Positions 25,601 through 37,600 of a stretch of DNA of 64,000 nt are shown here, piece by piece. The DNA is from Eledone cirrhosa. Taxonomy: Eukaryota. A model generated the notes under the pieces. It was not told the DNA's origin. It was given only the letters and a program-made list of their open reading frames with translations, and did not search any database. Made by a program: the position numbers and the translations under genes. The DNA lies in assembly GCA_964016885.1 (NCBI GenBank), contig CAXHJY010000898.1:473189-537188 (forward strand). Reading direction: 5' to 3'. Numbering within the stretch: position 1 is the stretch's first letter; each line of letters begins with the position of its first letter.

Positions 25601-28600
25601 GCTTAGCTTAGGATAGCTTAGCTTTGCTTAGGATAGCTTAGCTTAGCTTAGCTTAGGATAGCTTAGCTTAGCTTAGCTTAGGATAGCTTAGCTTAGGTTA
25701 GCTTAGGATAGCTTAGGATAGCTTAGGATAGCTTAGCTTAGCTTAGCTTAGGATAGCTTAGCTTAGCTTAGCTTAGGATAGCTTAGCTTAGCTTAGCTTA
25801 GGATAGCTTAGCTTAGCTTAGGATAGCTTAGCTTAGCTTAGCTTAGGATAGCTTAGCTTAGCTTAGGATAGCTTAGCTTAGCTTAGCTTAGGATAGCTTA
25901 GCTTTGCTTAGGATAGCTTAGCTTAGCTTAGCTTAGGATAGCTTAGCTTAGCTTAGCTTAGGATAGCTTAGCTTAGCTTAGCTTAGGATAGATTAGCTTA
26001 GCTTAGGATAGCTTAGCTTAGCTTAGCTTAGGAAAGCTTAGCTTAGCTTAGGATAGCTTAGCTTAGCTTAGCTTAGGAGAGCTTAGCTTAGCTTAGGATA
26101 GCTTAGCTTAGCTTAGCTTAGGATAGCTTAGCTTAGCTTAGGTAGCTTAGCTTAGCTTAGCTTAGGATAGCTTAGCTTAGCTTAGCTTAGCTTAGGATAG
26201 CTTAGCTTAGCTTAGCTTAGGATAGCTTAGCTTAGCTTAGCTTAGGATAGCTTAGGATAGCTTAGCTTAGGATAGCTTAGGATAGCTTACCTTAGGAGAG
26301 CTTAGCTTAGGATAGCTTAGCTTAGGATAGCTTAGGATAGCTTAGCTTAGGATAGCTTAGCTTAGGATAGCTTAGCTTAGGATAGCTTAGGATAGCTTAG
26401 CTTAGCTTAGCTTAGGATAGCTTAGCTTAGCTTAGCTTAGGATAGCTTAGCTTAGGTTAGCTTAGCTTAGCTTAGCTTAGGATAGCTTAGCTTAGGATAG
26501 CTTAGGATAGCTTAGCTTAGGATAGCTTAGCTTAGGATAGCTTAGCTTAGCTTTGCTTAGGATAGCTTAGCTTAGCTTAGCTTAGGATAGCTTAGCTTAG
26601 CTTAGCTTAGGATAGCTTAGCTTAGCTTAGCTTAGGATAGCTTAGCTTAGCTTAGCTTAGGATAGCTTAGCTTAGCTTAGCTTAGGATAGCTTAGCTTAG
26701 CTTAGCTTAGGATCGCTTAGCTTAGCTTAGGATAGCTTAGCTTAGCTTAGGATAGCTTAGCTTAGCTTAGCTTAGGATAGCTTAGCTTAGCTTAGGATAG
26801 CTTAGGATAGCTTAGCTTAGGAGAGCTTAGCTTAGCTTAGCTTAGGATAGCTTAGCTTAGCTTAGCTTAGGATAGCTTAGCTTAACTTAGCTTAGGATAG
26901 CTTAGCTTAGCTTAACTTAGGATAGCTTAGCTTAGCTTAGCTTAGGATAGCTTAGCTTAGCTTAGCTTAGGATAGCTTAGCTTAGCTTAGCTTAGGATAG
27001 CTTAGGATAGCTTAGCTTAGGATAGCTTAGGATAGCTTACCTTAGGAGAGCTTAGCTTAGGATAGCTTAGCTTAGGATAGCTTAGGATAGCTTAGCTTAG
27101 GATAGCTTAGCTTAGGATAGCTTAGCTTAGGATAGCTTAGGATAGCTTAGCTTAGCTTAGCTTAGGATAGCTTAGCTTAGCTTAGCTTAGGATAGCTTAG
27201 CTTAGCTTAGCTTAGGATAGCTTAGCTTAGCTTAGCTTAGGATAGCTTAGGATAGCTTAGCTTAGGATAGCTTAGGATAGCTTAGCTTAGGATAGCTTAG
27301 GATAGCTTAGCTTAGGATAGCTTAGCTTAGGATAGCTTAGCTTAGGATAGCTTAGGATAGCTTAGCTTAGGATAGCTTAGGATAGCTTAGCTTAGGATAG
27401 CTTAGCTTAGGATAGCTTAGGATAGCTTAGCTTAACTTAGCTTAGGATAGCTTAGCTTAGCTTAGCTTAGGATAGCTTAGCTTAGCTTAGCTTAGGATAG
27501 CTTAGCTTAGCTTAGCTTAGGATAGCTTAGGATAGCTTAGCTTAGGATAGCTTAGGATAGCTTAGCTTAGGATAGCTTAGGATAGTTTAGCTTAGGATAG
27601 CTTAGCTTAGGATAGCTTAGGATAGCTTAGCTTAGCTTAGCTTAGGATAGCTTAGGATAGCTTAGCTTAGGATAGCTTAGGATAGCTTAGCTTAGGATAG
27701 ATTAGGATAGCTTAGCTTAGGATAGCTTAGGATAGCTTAGCTTAGGATAGCTTAGCTTAGGATAGCTTAGCTTAGCTTAGCTTAGGATAGCTTAGCTTGG
27801 GATAGCTTAGGATAGCTTAGCTTAGGATAGCTTAGCTTAGGATAGCTTAGGATAGCTTAGCTTAGCTTAGCTTAGGATAGCTTAGCTTAGCTTAGCTTAG
27901 GATAGCTTAGCTTAGCTTAGGATAGCTTAGCTTAGCTTAGCTTAGGATAGCTTAGCTTAGCTTAGCTTAGGATTGCTTAGCTTAGCTTAGCTTAGGATAG
28001 CTTAGCTTAGCTTAGCTTAGGATAGCTTAGCTTAGCTTAGCTTAGGATAGCTTAGCTTAGCTTAGCTTAGAATAGCTTAGCTTAGGATAGCTTAGCTTAG
28101 GATAGCTTAGCTTAGGATAGCTTAGCTTAGGATAGCTTAGGATAGCTTAGCTTAGGATAGCTTAGGATAGCTTAGCTTAGGATAGCTTAGCTTAGCTTAG
28201 CTTAGGATAGCTTAGCTTAGCTTAGGATAGCTTAGCTTAGCTTAGCTTAGGATAGCTTAGCTTAGGATAGCTTAGGAAAGCTTAGCTTAGCTTAGCTTAG
28301 GATAGCTTAGCTTAGCTTAGCTTAGGATAGCTTAGCTTAGCTTAGGATAGCTTAGCTTAGCTTAGCTTAGGATAGCTTAGCTTAGCTTAGTTTAGGATAG
28401 CTTAGCTTAGCTTAGCTTAGGATAGCTTAGCTTGGCTTAGCTTAGGATAGCTTAGCTTAGCTTAGCTTAGGATAGCTTAGCTTAGGATAGCTTAGCTTAG
28501 CTTAGCTTAGGATAGCTTAGCTTAGCTTAGCTTAGGATAGCTTAGCTTAGGATAGCTTAGCTTAGCTTAGCTTAGGATAGCTTAGCATAGCTTAGCTTAG

Positions 28601-31600
28601 GATAGCTTAGCTTAGCTTAGCTTAGGATAGCTTAGCTTAGCTTAGCTTAGGATAGCTTAGCTTAGCTTAGCTTAGGATAGCTTAGCTTAGCTTAGCTTAG
28701 GATAGCTTAGCTTAGCTTAGCTTAGGATAGCTTAGCATAGCTTAGCTTAGGATAGCTTAGCTTAGCTTAGCTTAGGATAGCTTAGCTTAGCTTAGGATAG
28801 CTTAGCTTAGCTTGGCTTAGGATAGCTTAGCTTAGCTTGGCTTAGGATAGCTTAGCTTAGCTTAGCTTAGGATAGCTTAGCTTAGGATAGCTTAGGATAG
28901 CTTAGCTTAGCTTAGCTTAGGATAGCTTAGCTTAGTTTAGGATAGCTTAGCTTAGCTTAGCTTAGGATAGCTTAGGATAGCTTAGCTTAGGATAGCTTAG
29001 GATAGCTTAGCTTAGGATAGCTTAGGATAGCTTAGCTTAGGATAGCTTAGGATAGCTTAGGTTAGGATAGTTTAGCTTAGGATAGCTTAGGATAGCTTAG
29101 CTTAGGATAGCTTAGGATAGCTTAGCTTAGGATAGCTTAGGATAGCTTAGCTTAGGATAGCTTAGCTTAGGATAGCTTAGGAAAGCTTAGCTTAGCTTAG
29201 CTTAGGATAGCTTAGCTTAGCTTAGCTTAGGATAGCTTAGCTTAGCTTAGCTTAGGATAGCTTAGGATAGCTTAGCTTAGGATAGCTTAGGATAGCTTAG
29301 CTTAGGATAGCTTAGCTTAGGATAGCTTAGCTTAGGATAGCTTAGGATAGCTTAGCTTAGGATAGCTTAGGATAGCTTAGCTTAGGATAGCTTAGCTTAG
29401 GATAGCTTAGGATAGCTTAGCTTAGCTTAGCTTAGGATAGCTTAGCTTAGCTTAGGATAGCTTAGCTTAGCTTAGCTTAGCTTAGGATAGCTTAGCTTAG
29501 CTTAGGATAGCTTAGGATAGCTTAGCTTAGGATAGCTTAGGATAGCTTAGCTTAGGATAGCTTAGGATAGCTTAGCTTAGGATAGCTTAGGATAGCTTAG
29601 CTTAGGATAGCTTAGCTTAGGATAGCTTAGCTTAGCTTAGCTTAGGATAGCTTAGCTTAGGATAGCTTAGGATATCTTAGGTTAGGATAGCTTAGCTTAG
29701 GATAGCTTAGGATAGATTAGCTTAGCTTAGCTTAGGATAGCTTAGCTTAGCTTAGCTTAGGATAGCTTAGCTTAGCTTAGGATAGCTTAGCTTAGCTTAG
29801 CTTAGGATAGCTTAGCTTAGCTTAGCTTAGGATAGCTTAGCTTAGCTTAGGATAGCTTAGCTTAGCTTAGCTTAGGATAGCTTAGCTTAGCTTAGCTTAG
29901 GATAGCTTAGCTTAGGATAGCTTAGCTTAGGATAGCTTAGCTTAGGTTAGCTTAGCTTAGCTTAGCTTAGGATAGCTTAGGATAGCTTAGCTTAGGATAA
30001 CTTAGCTTAGCTTAGCTTAGGATAGCTTAGCTTAGCTTAGCTTAGGATAGCTTAGCTTAGCTTAGCTTAGGATAGCTTAGCTTAGGATAGCTTAGGATTG
30101 CTTAGCTTAGCTTAGCTTAGGATAGCTTAGCTTAGCTTAGCTTAGGATAGCTTAGCTTAGCTTAGGATAGCTTAGCTTAGCTTAGCTTAGGATAGCTTAG
30201 CTTAGCTTAGCTTAGGATAGCTTAGCTTAGCTTAGCTTAGGATAGCTTAGGATAGCTTAGGATAGCTTAGCTTAGCTTAGCTTAGGATAGCTTAGCTTAG
30301 CTTAGGATAGCTTAGCTTAGGATAGCTTAGCTTAGCTTAGCTTAGGATAGCTTAGCTTAGCTTAGCTTAGGATAGCTTAGCTTAGCTTAGCTTAGGATAG
30401 CTTAGCTTAGCTTAGCTTAGGATAGCTTAGCTTAGCTTAGCTTAGGATAGATTAGCTTAGCTTAGGATAGCTTAGCTTAGCTTAGCTTAGGAAAGCTTAG
30501 CTTAGCTTAGGATAGCTTAGCTTAGCTTAGCTTAGGAGAGCTTAGCTTAGCTTAGCTTAGGATAGCTTAGCTTAGCTTAGCTTAGGATAGCTTAGCTTAG
30601 CTTAGGTAGCTTAGCTTAGCTTAGCTTAGGATAGCTTAGCTTAGCTTAGCTTAGCTTAGGATAGCTTAGCTTAGCTTAGCTTAGGAGAGCTTAGCTTAGC
30701 TTAGCTTAGGATAGCTTAGGATAGCTTAGCTTAGGATAGCTTAGGATAGCTTACCTTAGGAGAGCTTAGCTTAGGATAGCTTAGCTTAGGATAGCTTAGG
30801 ATAGCTTAGCTTAGGATAGCTTAGCTTAGGATAGCTTAGCTTAGGATAGCTTAGGATAGCTTAGCTTAGCTTAGCTTAGGATAGCTTAGCTTAGCTTAGC
30901 TTAGGATAGCTTAGCTTAGGTTAGCTTAGCTTAGCTTAGCTTAGCTTAGGATAGCTTAGCTTAGGATAGCTTAGGATAGCTTAGGATAGCTTAGCTTAGG
31001 ATAGCTTAGCTTAGGATAGCTTAGGATAGCTTAGCTTAGGATAGCTTAGGATAGCTTAGCTTAGGATAGCTTAGCTTAGGATAGCTTAGGATAGCTTAGC
31101 TTAGCTTAGCTTAGGATAGCTTAGCTTAGCTTAGCTTAGGATAGCTTAGCTTAGCTTAGCTTAGGATTGCTTAGCTTAGCTTAGCTTAGCTTAGGATAGC
31201 TTAGGATAGCTTAGCTTAGGATAGCTTAGCTTAGGATAGCTTAGGATAGCTTAGGATAGCTTAGCTTAGCTTAGCTTAGGATAGCTTAGCTTAGCTTAGC
31301 TTAGGATAGCTTAGCTTAGCTTAGCTTAGGATAGCTTAGCTTAGCTTAGGATAGCTTAGCTTAGCTTAGCTTAGGATAGCTTAGCTTAGCTTAGCTTAGG
31401 ACAGCTTAGCTTAGCTTAGCTTAGGATAGCTTAGCTTAGCTTAGGATAGCTTAGCTTAGCTTAGCTTAGGATAGCTTAGCTTAGGATAGCTTAGCTTAGG
31501 ATAGCTTAGCTTGGGTTAGCTTAGCTTAGCTTAGCTTAGGATAGCTTAGGATAGCTTAGCTTAGGATAGCTTAGCTTAGCTTAGCTTAGGATAGCTTAGC

Positions 31601-34600
31601 TTAGCTTAGCTTAGGATAGCTTAGCTTAGCTTAGCTTAGGATAGCTTAGCTTAGCTTAGCTTAGGATAGCTTAGCTTAGGATAGCTTAGGATAGCTTAGC
31701 TTAGCTTAGCTTAGGATAGCTTAGCTTAGCTTAGCTTAGGATAGCTTAGCTTAGCTTAGGATAGCTTAGCTTAGCTTAGCTTAGGATAGCTTAGCTTAGC
31801 TTAGCTTAGGATAGCTTAGCTTAGCTTAGCTTAGGATAGCTTAGGATAGCTTAGGATAGCTTAGCTTAGCTTAGCTTAGGATAGCTTAGCTTAGCTTAGC
31901 TTAGGATAGCTTAGCTTAGCTTAGCTTAGGATAGCTTAGCTTAGCTTAGGATAGCTTAGCTTAGCTTAGGATAGCTTAGCTTAGCTTAGCTTAGGATAGC
32001 TTAGCTTAGCTTAGCTTAGGATAGCTTAGCTTAGCTTAGCTTAGGATAGCTTAGCTTAGCTTAGGATAGCTTAGCTTAGCTTAGCTTAGGATAGCTTAGC
32101 TTAGCTTAGCTTAGGATAGCTTAGCTTAGCTTAGCTTAGGATAGATTAGCTTAGCTTAGGATAGCTTAGCTTAGCTTAGCTTAGGAAAGCTTAGCTTAGC
32201 TTAGGATAGCTTAGCTTAGCTTAGCTTAGGATAGCTTAGGATAGCTTAGCTTAGGATAGCTTAGGATAGCTTAGCTTAGGATAGCTTAGGATAGCTTAGG
32301 TTAGGATAGCTTAGCTTAGGATAGCTTAGGATAGCTTAGCTTAGGATAGCTTAGGATAGCTTAGCTTAGGATAGCTTAGGATAGCTTAGCTTAGGATAGC
32401 TTAGGAAAGCTTAGCTTAGCTTAGCTTAGGATAGCTTAGCTTAGCTTAGCTTAGGATAGCTTAGCTTAGCTTAGCTTAGGATAGCTTAGGATAGCTTAGC
32501 TTAGGATAGCTTAGGATAGCTTAGCTTAGGATAGCTTAGCTTAGGATAGCTTAGCTTAGGATAGCTTAGGATAGCTTAGCTTAGGATAGCTTAGGATAGC
32601 TTAGCTTAGGATAGCTTAGCTTAGGATAGCTTAGGATAGCTTAGCTTAGCTTAGCTTAGGATAGCTTAGCTTAGCTTAGCTTAGGATAGCTTAGCTTAGC
32701 TTAGCTTAGCTTAGCTTAGCTTAGGATAGCTTAGGATAGCTTAGCTTAGGATAGCTTAGGATAGCTTAGCTTAGGATAGCTTAGCTTAGGATAGCTTAGC
32801 TTAGCTTAGCTTAGGATAGCTTAGCTTAGGATAGCTTAGGATAGCTTAGCTTAGGATAGCTTAGCTTAGGATAGCTTAGGATAGCTCAGCTTAGCTTAGC
32901 TTAGGATAGCTTAGCTTAGCTTAGCTTAGGATAGCTTAGCTTAGCTTAGGATAGCTTAGCTTAGCTTAGCTTAGGATAGCTTAGCTTAGCTTAGGATAGC
33001 TTAGCTTAGCTTAGCTTAGGATAGCTTAGCTTAGGATAGCTTAGCTTAGGATAGCTTAGCTTAGGTTAGCTTAGCTTAGCTTAGCTTAGGATAGCTTAGC
33101 TTAGCTTAGCTTAGGATAGCTTAGCTTAGCTTAGCTTAGGATAGCTTAGCTTAGCTTAGGATAGCTTAGCTTAGCTTAGCTTAGGATAGCTTAGCTTAGC
33201 TTAGCTTAGGATAGCTTAGCTTAGCTTAGCTTAGGATAGCTTAGCTTAGGATAGCTTAGCTTAGGATAGCTTAGCTTAGGTTAGCTTAGCTTAGCTTAGC
33301 TTAGGATAGCTTAGGATAGCTTAGCTTAGGATAGCTTAGCTTAGCTTAGCTTAGGATAGCTTAGCTTAGCTTAGCTTAGGATAGCTTAGCTTAGGAGAGC
33401 TTAGGATTGCTTAGCTTAGCTTAGCTTAGGATAGCTTAGCTTAGCTTAGGATAGCTTAGCTTAGCTTAGCTTAGGATAGCTTAGCTTAGCTTAGGATAGC
33501 TTAGCTTAGCTTAGCTTAGGATAGCTTAGCTTAGCTTAGCTTAGGATAGCTTAGCTTAGCTTAGCTTAGGATAGCTTAGGATAGCTTAGGATAGCTTAGC
33601 TTAGCTTAGCTTAGGATAGCTTAGCTTAGCTTAGGATAGCTTAGCTTAGCTTAGCTTAGGATAGCTTAGCTTAGCTTAGGATAGCTTAGCTTAGCTTAGC
33701 TTAGGATAGCTTAGCTTAGCTTAGCTTAGGATAGCTTAGCTTAGCTTAGCTTAGGATAGCTTAGCTTAGCTTAGCTTAGGATAGATTAGCTTAGCTTAGG
33801 ATAGCTTAGCTTAGCTTAGCTTAGGAAAGCTTAGCTTAGCTTAGGATAGCTTAGTTTAGCTTAGCTTAGGAGAGCTTAGCTTAGCTTAGCTTAGGATAGC
33901 TTAGCTTAGCTTAGCTTAGGATAGCTTAGCTTAGCTTAGCTTAGGTAGCTTAGCTTAGCTTAGCTTAGGATAGCTTAGCTTAGCTTAGCTTAGCTTAGGA
34001 TAGCTTAGCTTAGCTTAGCTTAGGATAGCTTAGGATAGCTTAGCTTAGGATAGCTTAGGATAGCTTACCTTAGGAGAGCTTAGCTTAGGATAGCTTAGCT
34101 TAGGATAGCTTAGGATAGCTTAGCTTAGGATAGCTTAGCTTAGGATAGCTTAGCTTAGGATAGCTTAGGATAGCTTAGCTTAGCTTAGCTTAGGATAGCT
34201 TAGCTTAGCTTAGCTTAGGATAGCTTAGCTTAGGTTAGCTTAGCTTAGCTTAGCTTAGCTTAGGATAGCTTAGCTTAGGATAGCTTAGGATAGCTTAGCT
34301 TAGGATAGCTTAGGATAGCTTAGCTTAGGATAGCTTAGCTTAGGATAGCTTAGGATAGCTTAGCTTAGGATAGCTTAGGATAGCTTAGCTTAGGATAGCT
34401 TAGCTTAGGATAGCTTAGGATAGCTTAGCTTAGCTTAGCTTAGGATAGCTTAGCTTAGCTTAGCTTAGCTTAGCTTAGGATAGCTTAGCTTAGCTTAGCT
34501 TAGGATAGCTTAGGATAGCTTAGCTTAGGATAGCTTAGGATAGCTTAGCTTAGAATAGCTTAGGATAGCTTAGGATAGCTTAGCTTAGGACAGCTTAGCT

Positions 34601-37600
34601 TAGCTTAGCTTAGGATAGCTTAGCTTGGCTTAGGATAGCTTAGCTTAGCTTAGCTTAGGATAGCTTAGCTTAGCTTAGCTTAGGATAGCTTAGCTTAGCT
34701 TAGCTTAGGATAGCTTAGCTTAGCTTAGGATAGCTTAGCTTAGCTTAGCTTAGGATAGCTTAGCTTAGCTTAGCTTAGGACAGCTTAGCTTAGCTTAGCT
34801 TAGGATAGCTTAGCTTAGCTTAGGATAGCTTAGCTTAGCTTAGCTTAGGATAGCTTAGCTTAGCTTAGCTTAGGATAGCTTAGCTTAGGATAGCTTAGCT
34901 TAGCTTAGCTTAGGTAGCTTAGCTTAGCTTAGCTTAGGATAGCTTAGCTTAGCTTAGCTTAGCTTAGGATAGCTTAGCTTAGCTTAGCTTAGGATAGCTT
35001 AGGATAGCTTAGCTTAGGATAGCTTAGGATAGCTTACCTTAGGAGAGCTTAGCTTAGGATAGCTTAGCTTAGGATAGCTTAGGATAGCTTAGCTTAGGAT
35101 AGCTTAGCTTAGGATAGCTTAGCTTAGGATAGCTTAGGATAGCTTAGCTTAGCTTAGCTTAGGATAGCTTAGCTTAGCTTAGCTTAGGATAGCTTAGCTT
35201 AGGTTAGCTTAGCTTAGCTTAGCTTAGCTTAGGATAGCTTAGCTTAGGATAGCTTAGGATAGCTTAGCTTAGGATAGCTTAGGATAGCTTAGCTTAGGAT
35301 AGCTTAGCTTAGGATAGCTTAGGATAGCTTAGCTTAGGATAGCTTAGGATAGCTTAGCTTAGGATAGCTTAGCTTAGGATAGCTTAGGATAGCTTAGCTT
35401 AGCTTAGCTTAGGATAGCTTAGCTTAGCTTAGCTTAGCTTAGCTTAGGATAGCTTAGCTTAGCTTAGCTTAGGATAGCTTAGGATAGCTTAGCTTAGGAT
35501 AGCTTAGGATAGCTTAGCTTAGGATAGCTTAGGATAGCTTAGGATAGCTTAGCTTAGGACAGCTTAGCTTAGCTTAGCTTAGGATAGCTTAGCTTGGCTT
35601 AGGATAGCTTAGCTTAGCTTAGCTTAGGATAGCTTAGCTTAGCTTAGCTTAGGATAGCTTAGCTTAGCTTAGCTTAGGATAGCTTAGCTTAGCTTAGGAT
35701 AGCTTAGCTTAGCTTAGCTTAGGATAGCTTAGCTTAGCTTAGCTTAGGACAGCTTAGCTTAGCTTAGCTTAGGATAGCTTAGCTTAGCTTAGGATAGCTT
35801 AGCTTAGCTTAGCTTAGGATAGCTTAGCTTAGCTTAGCTTAGGATAGCTTAGCTTAGGATAGCTTAGCTTAGGATAGCTTAACTTAGGTTAGCTTAGCTT
35901 AGCTTAGCTTAGAATAGCTTAGGATAGCTTAGCTTAGGATAGCTTAGCTTAGCTTAGTTTAGGATAGCTTAGCTTAGCTTAGCTTAGGATAGCTTAGCTT
36001 AGCTTAGCTTAGGATAGCTTAGCTTAGCTTAGCTTAGGATAGCTTAGCTTAGGATAGCTTAGGATAGCTTAGCTTAGCTTAGCTTAGGATAGCTTAGCTT
36101 AGCTTAGCTTAGGATAGCTTAGCTTAGCTTAGGATAGCTTAGCTTAGCTTAGCTTAGGATAGCTTAGCTTAGCTTAGCTTAGGATAGCTTAGCTTAGCTT
36201 AGCTTAGGATAGCTTAGGATAGCTTAGGATAGCTTAGCTTAGCTTAGCTTAGGATAGCTTAGCTTAGCTTAGCTTAGGATAGCTTAGCTTAGCTTAGCTT
36301 AGGATAGCTTAGCTTAGCTTAGGATAGCTTAGCTTAGCTTAGCTTAGGATAGCTTAGCTTAGCTTAGCTTAGGATAGCTTAGCTTAGCTTAGCTTAGGAT
36401 AGCTTAGCTTAGCTTAGGATAGCTTAGCTTAGCTTAGCTTAGGATAGCTTAGCTTAGGATAGCTTAGGATAGCTTAGCTTAGGATAGCTTAGCTTAGGAT
36501 AGCTTAGGATAGCTTAGCTTAGCTTAGCTTAGGAGAGCTTAGCTTAGCTTAGCTTAGGATAGCTTAGCTTAGCTTAGGATAGCTTAGCTTAGCTTAGCTT
36601 AGGATAGCTTAGCTTAGCTTAGCTTAGGATAGCTTAGCTTAGCTTAGGATAGCTTAGCTTAGCTTAGCTTAGGATAGCTTAGCTTAGCTTAGCTTAGGAT
36701 AGCTTAGCTTAGCTTAGCTTAGCTTAGGATAGCTTAGCTTAGGATAGCTTAGCTTAGGATAGCTTAGCTTAGGTTAGCTTAGCTTAGCTTAGCTTAGGAT
36801 AGCTTAGGATAGCTTAGCTTAGGATAGCTTAGCTTAGCTTAGCTTAGGATAGCTTAGCTTAACTTAGCTTAGGATAGCTTAGCTTAGGATAGCTTAGGAT
36901 TGCTTAGCTTAGCTTAGCTTAGGATAGCTTAGCTTAGCTTAGGATAGCTTAGCTTAGCTTAGCTTAGGATAGCTTAGCTTAGCTTAGCTTAGGATAGCTT
37001 AGCTTAGCTTAGCTTAGGATAGCTTAGGATAGCTTAGGATAGCTTAGCTTAGCTTAGCTTAGGATAGCTTAGCTTAGCTTAGGATAGCTTAGCTTAGCTT
37101 AGCTTAGGATAGCTTAGCTTAGCTTAGGATAGCTTAGCTTAGCTTAGGATAGCTTAGCTTAGCTTAGCTTAGGATAGCTTAGCTTAGCTTAGCTTAGGAT
37201 AGCTTAGCTTAGCTTAGCTTAGGATAGCTTAGCTTAGCTTAGCTTAGGATAGATTAGCTTAGCTTAGGATAGCTTAGCTTAGCTTAGCTTAGGAAAGCTT
37301 AGCTTAGCTTAGGATAGCTTAGCTTAGCTTAGCTTAGGAGAGCTTAGCTTAGCTTAGCTTAGGATAGCTTAGCTTAGCTTAGCTTAGGATAGCTTAGCTT
37401 AGCTTAGCTTAGGTAGCTTAGCTTAGCTTAGCTTAGGATAGCTTAGCTTAGCTTAGCTTAGCTTAGCTTAGGATAGCTTAGCTTAGCTTAGCTTAGGAGA
37501 GCTTAGCTTAGCTTAGCTTAGGATAGCTTAGGATAGCTTAGCTTAGGATAGCTTAGGATAGCTTACCTTAGGAGAGCTTAGCTTAGGATAGCTTAGCTTA

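Larger units (their letters stand above)
1..31860 (+). repeat. ~31.9 kb higher-order super-repeat, copy A (start phase arbitrary)
   Basis: Rare markers recur in order at offset 31850-31865: ATAGA 276/32141, TCAGC 1026/32886, TTAGT 1996/33851, 1-bp deletion 2091/33946, TTAAC 4019/35879, ATATC 6223/38083, ACAGC 6368/38228. Confidence 0.9.
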
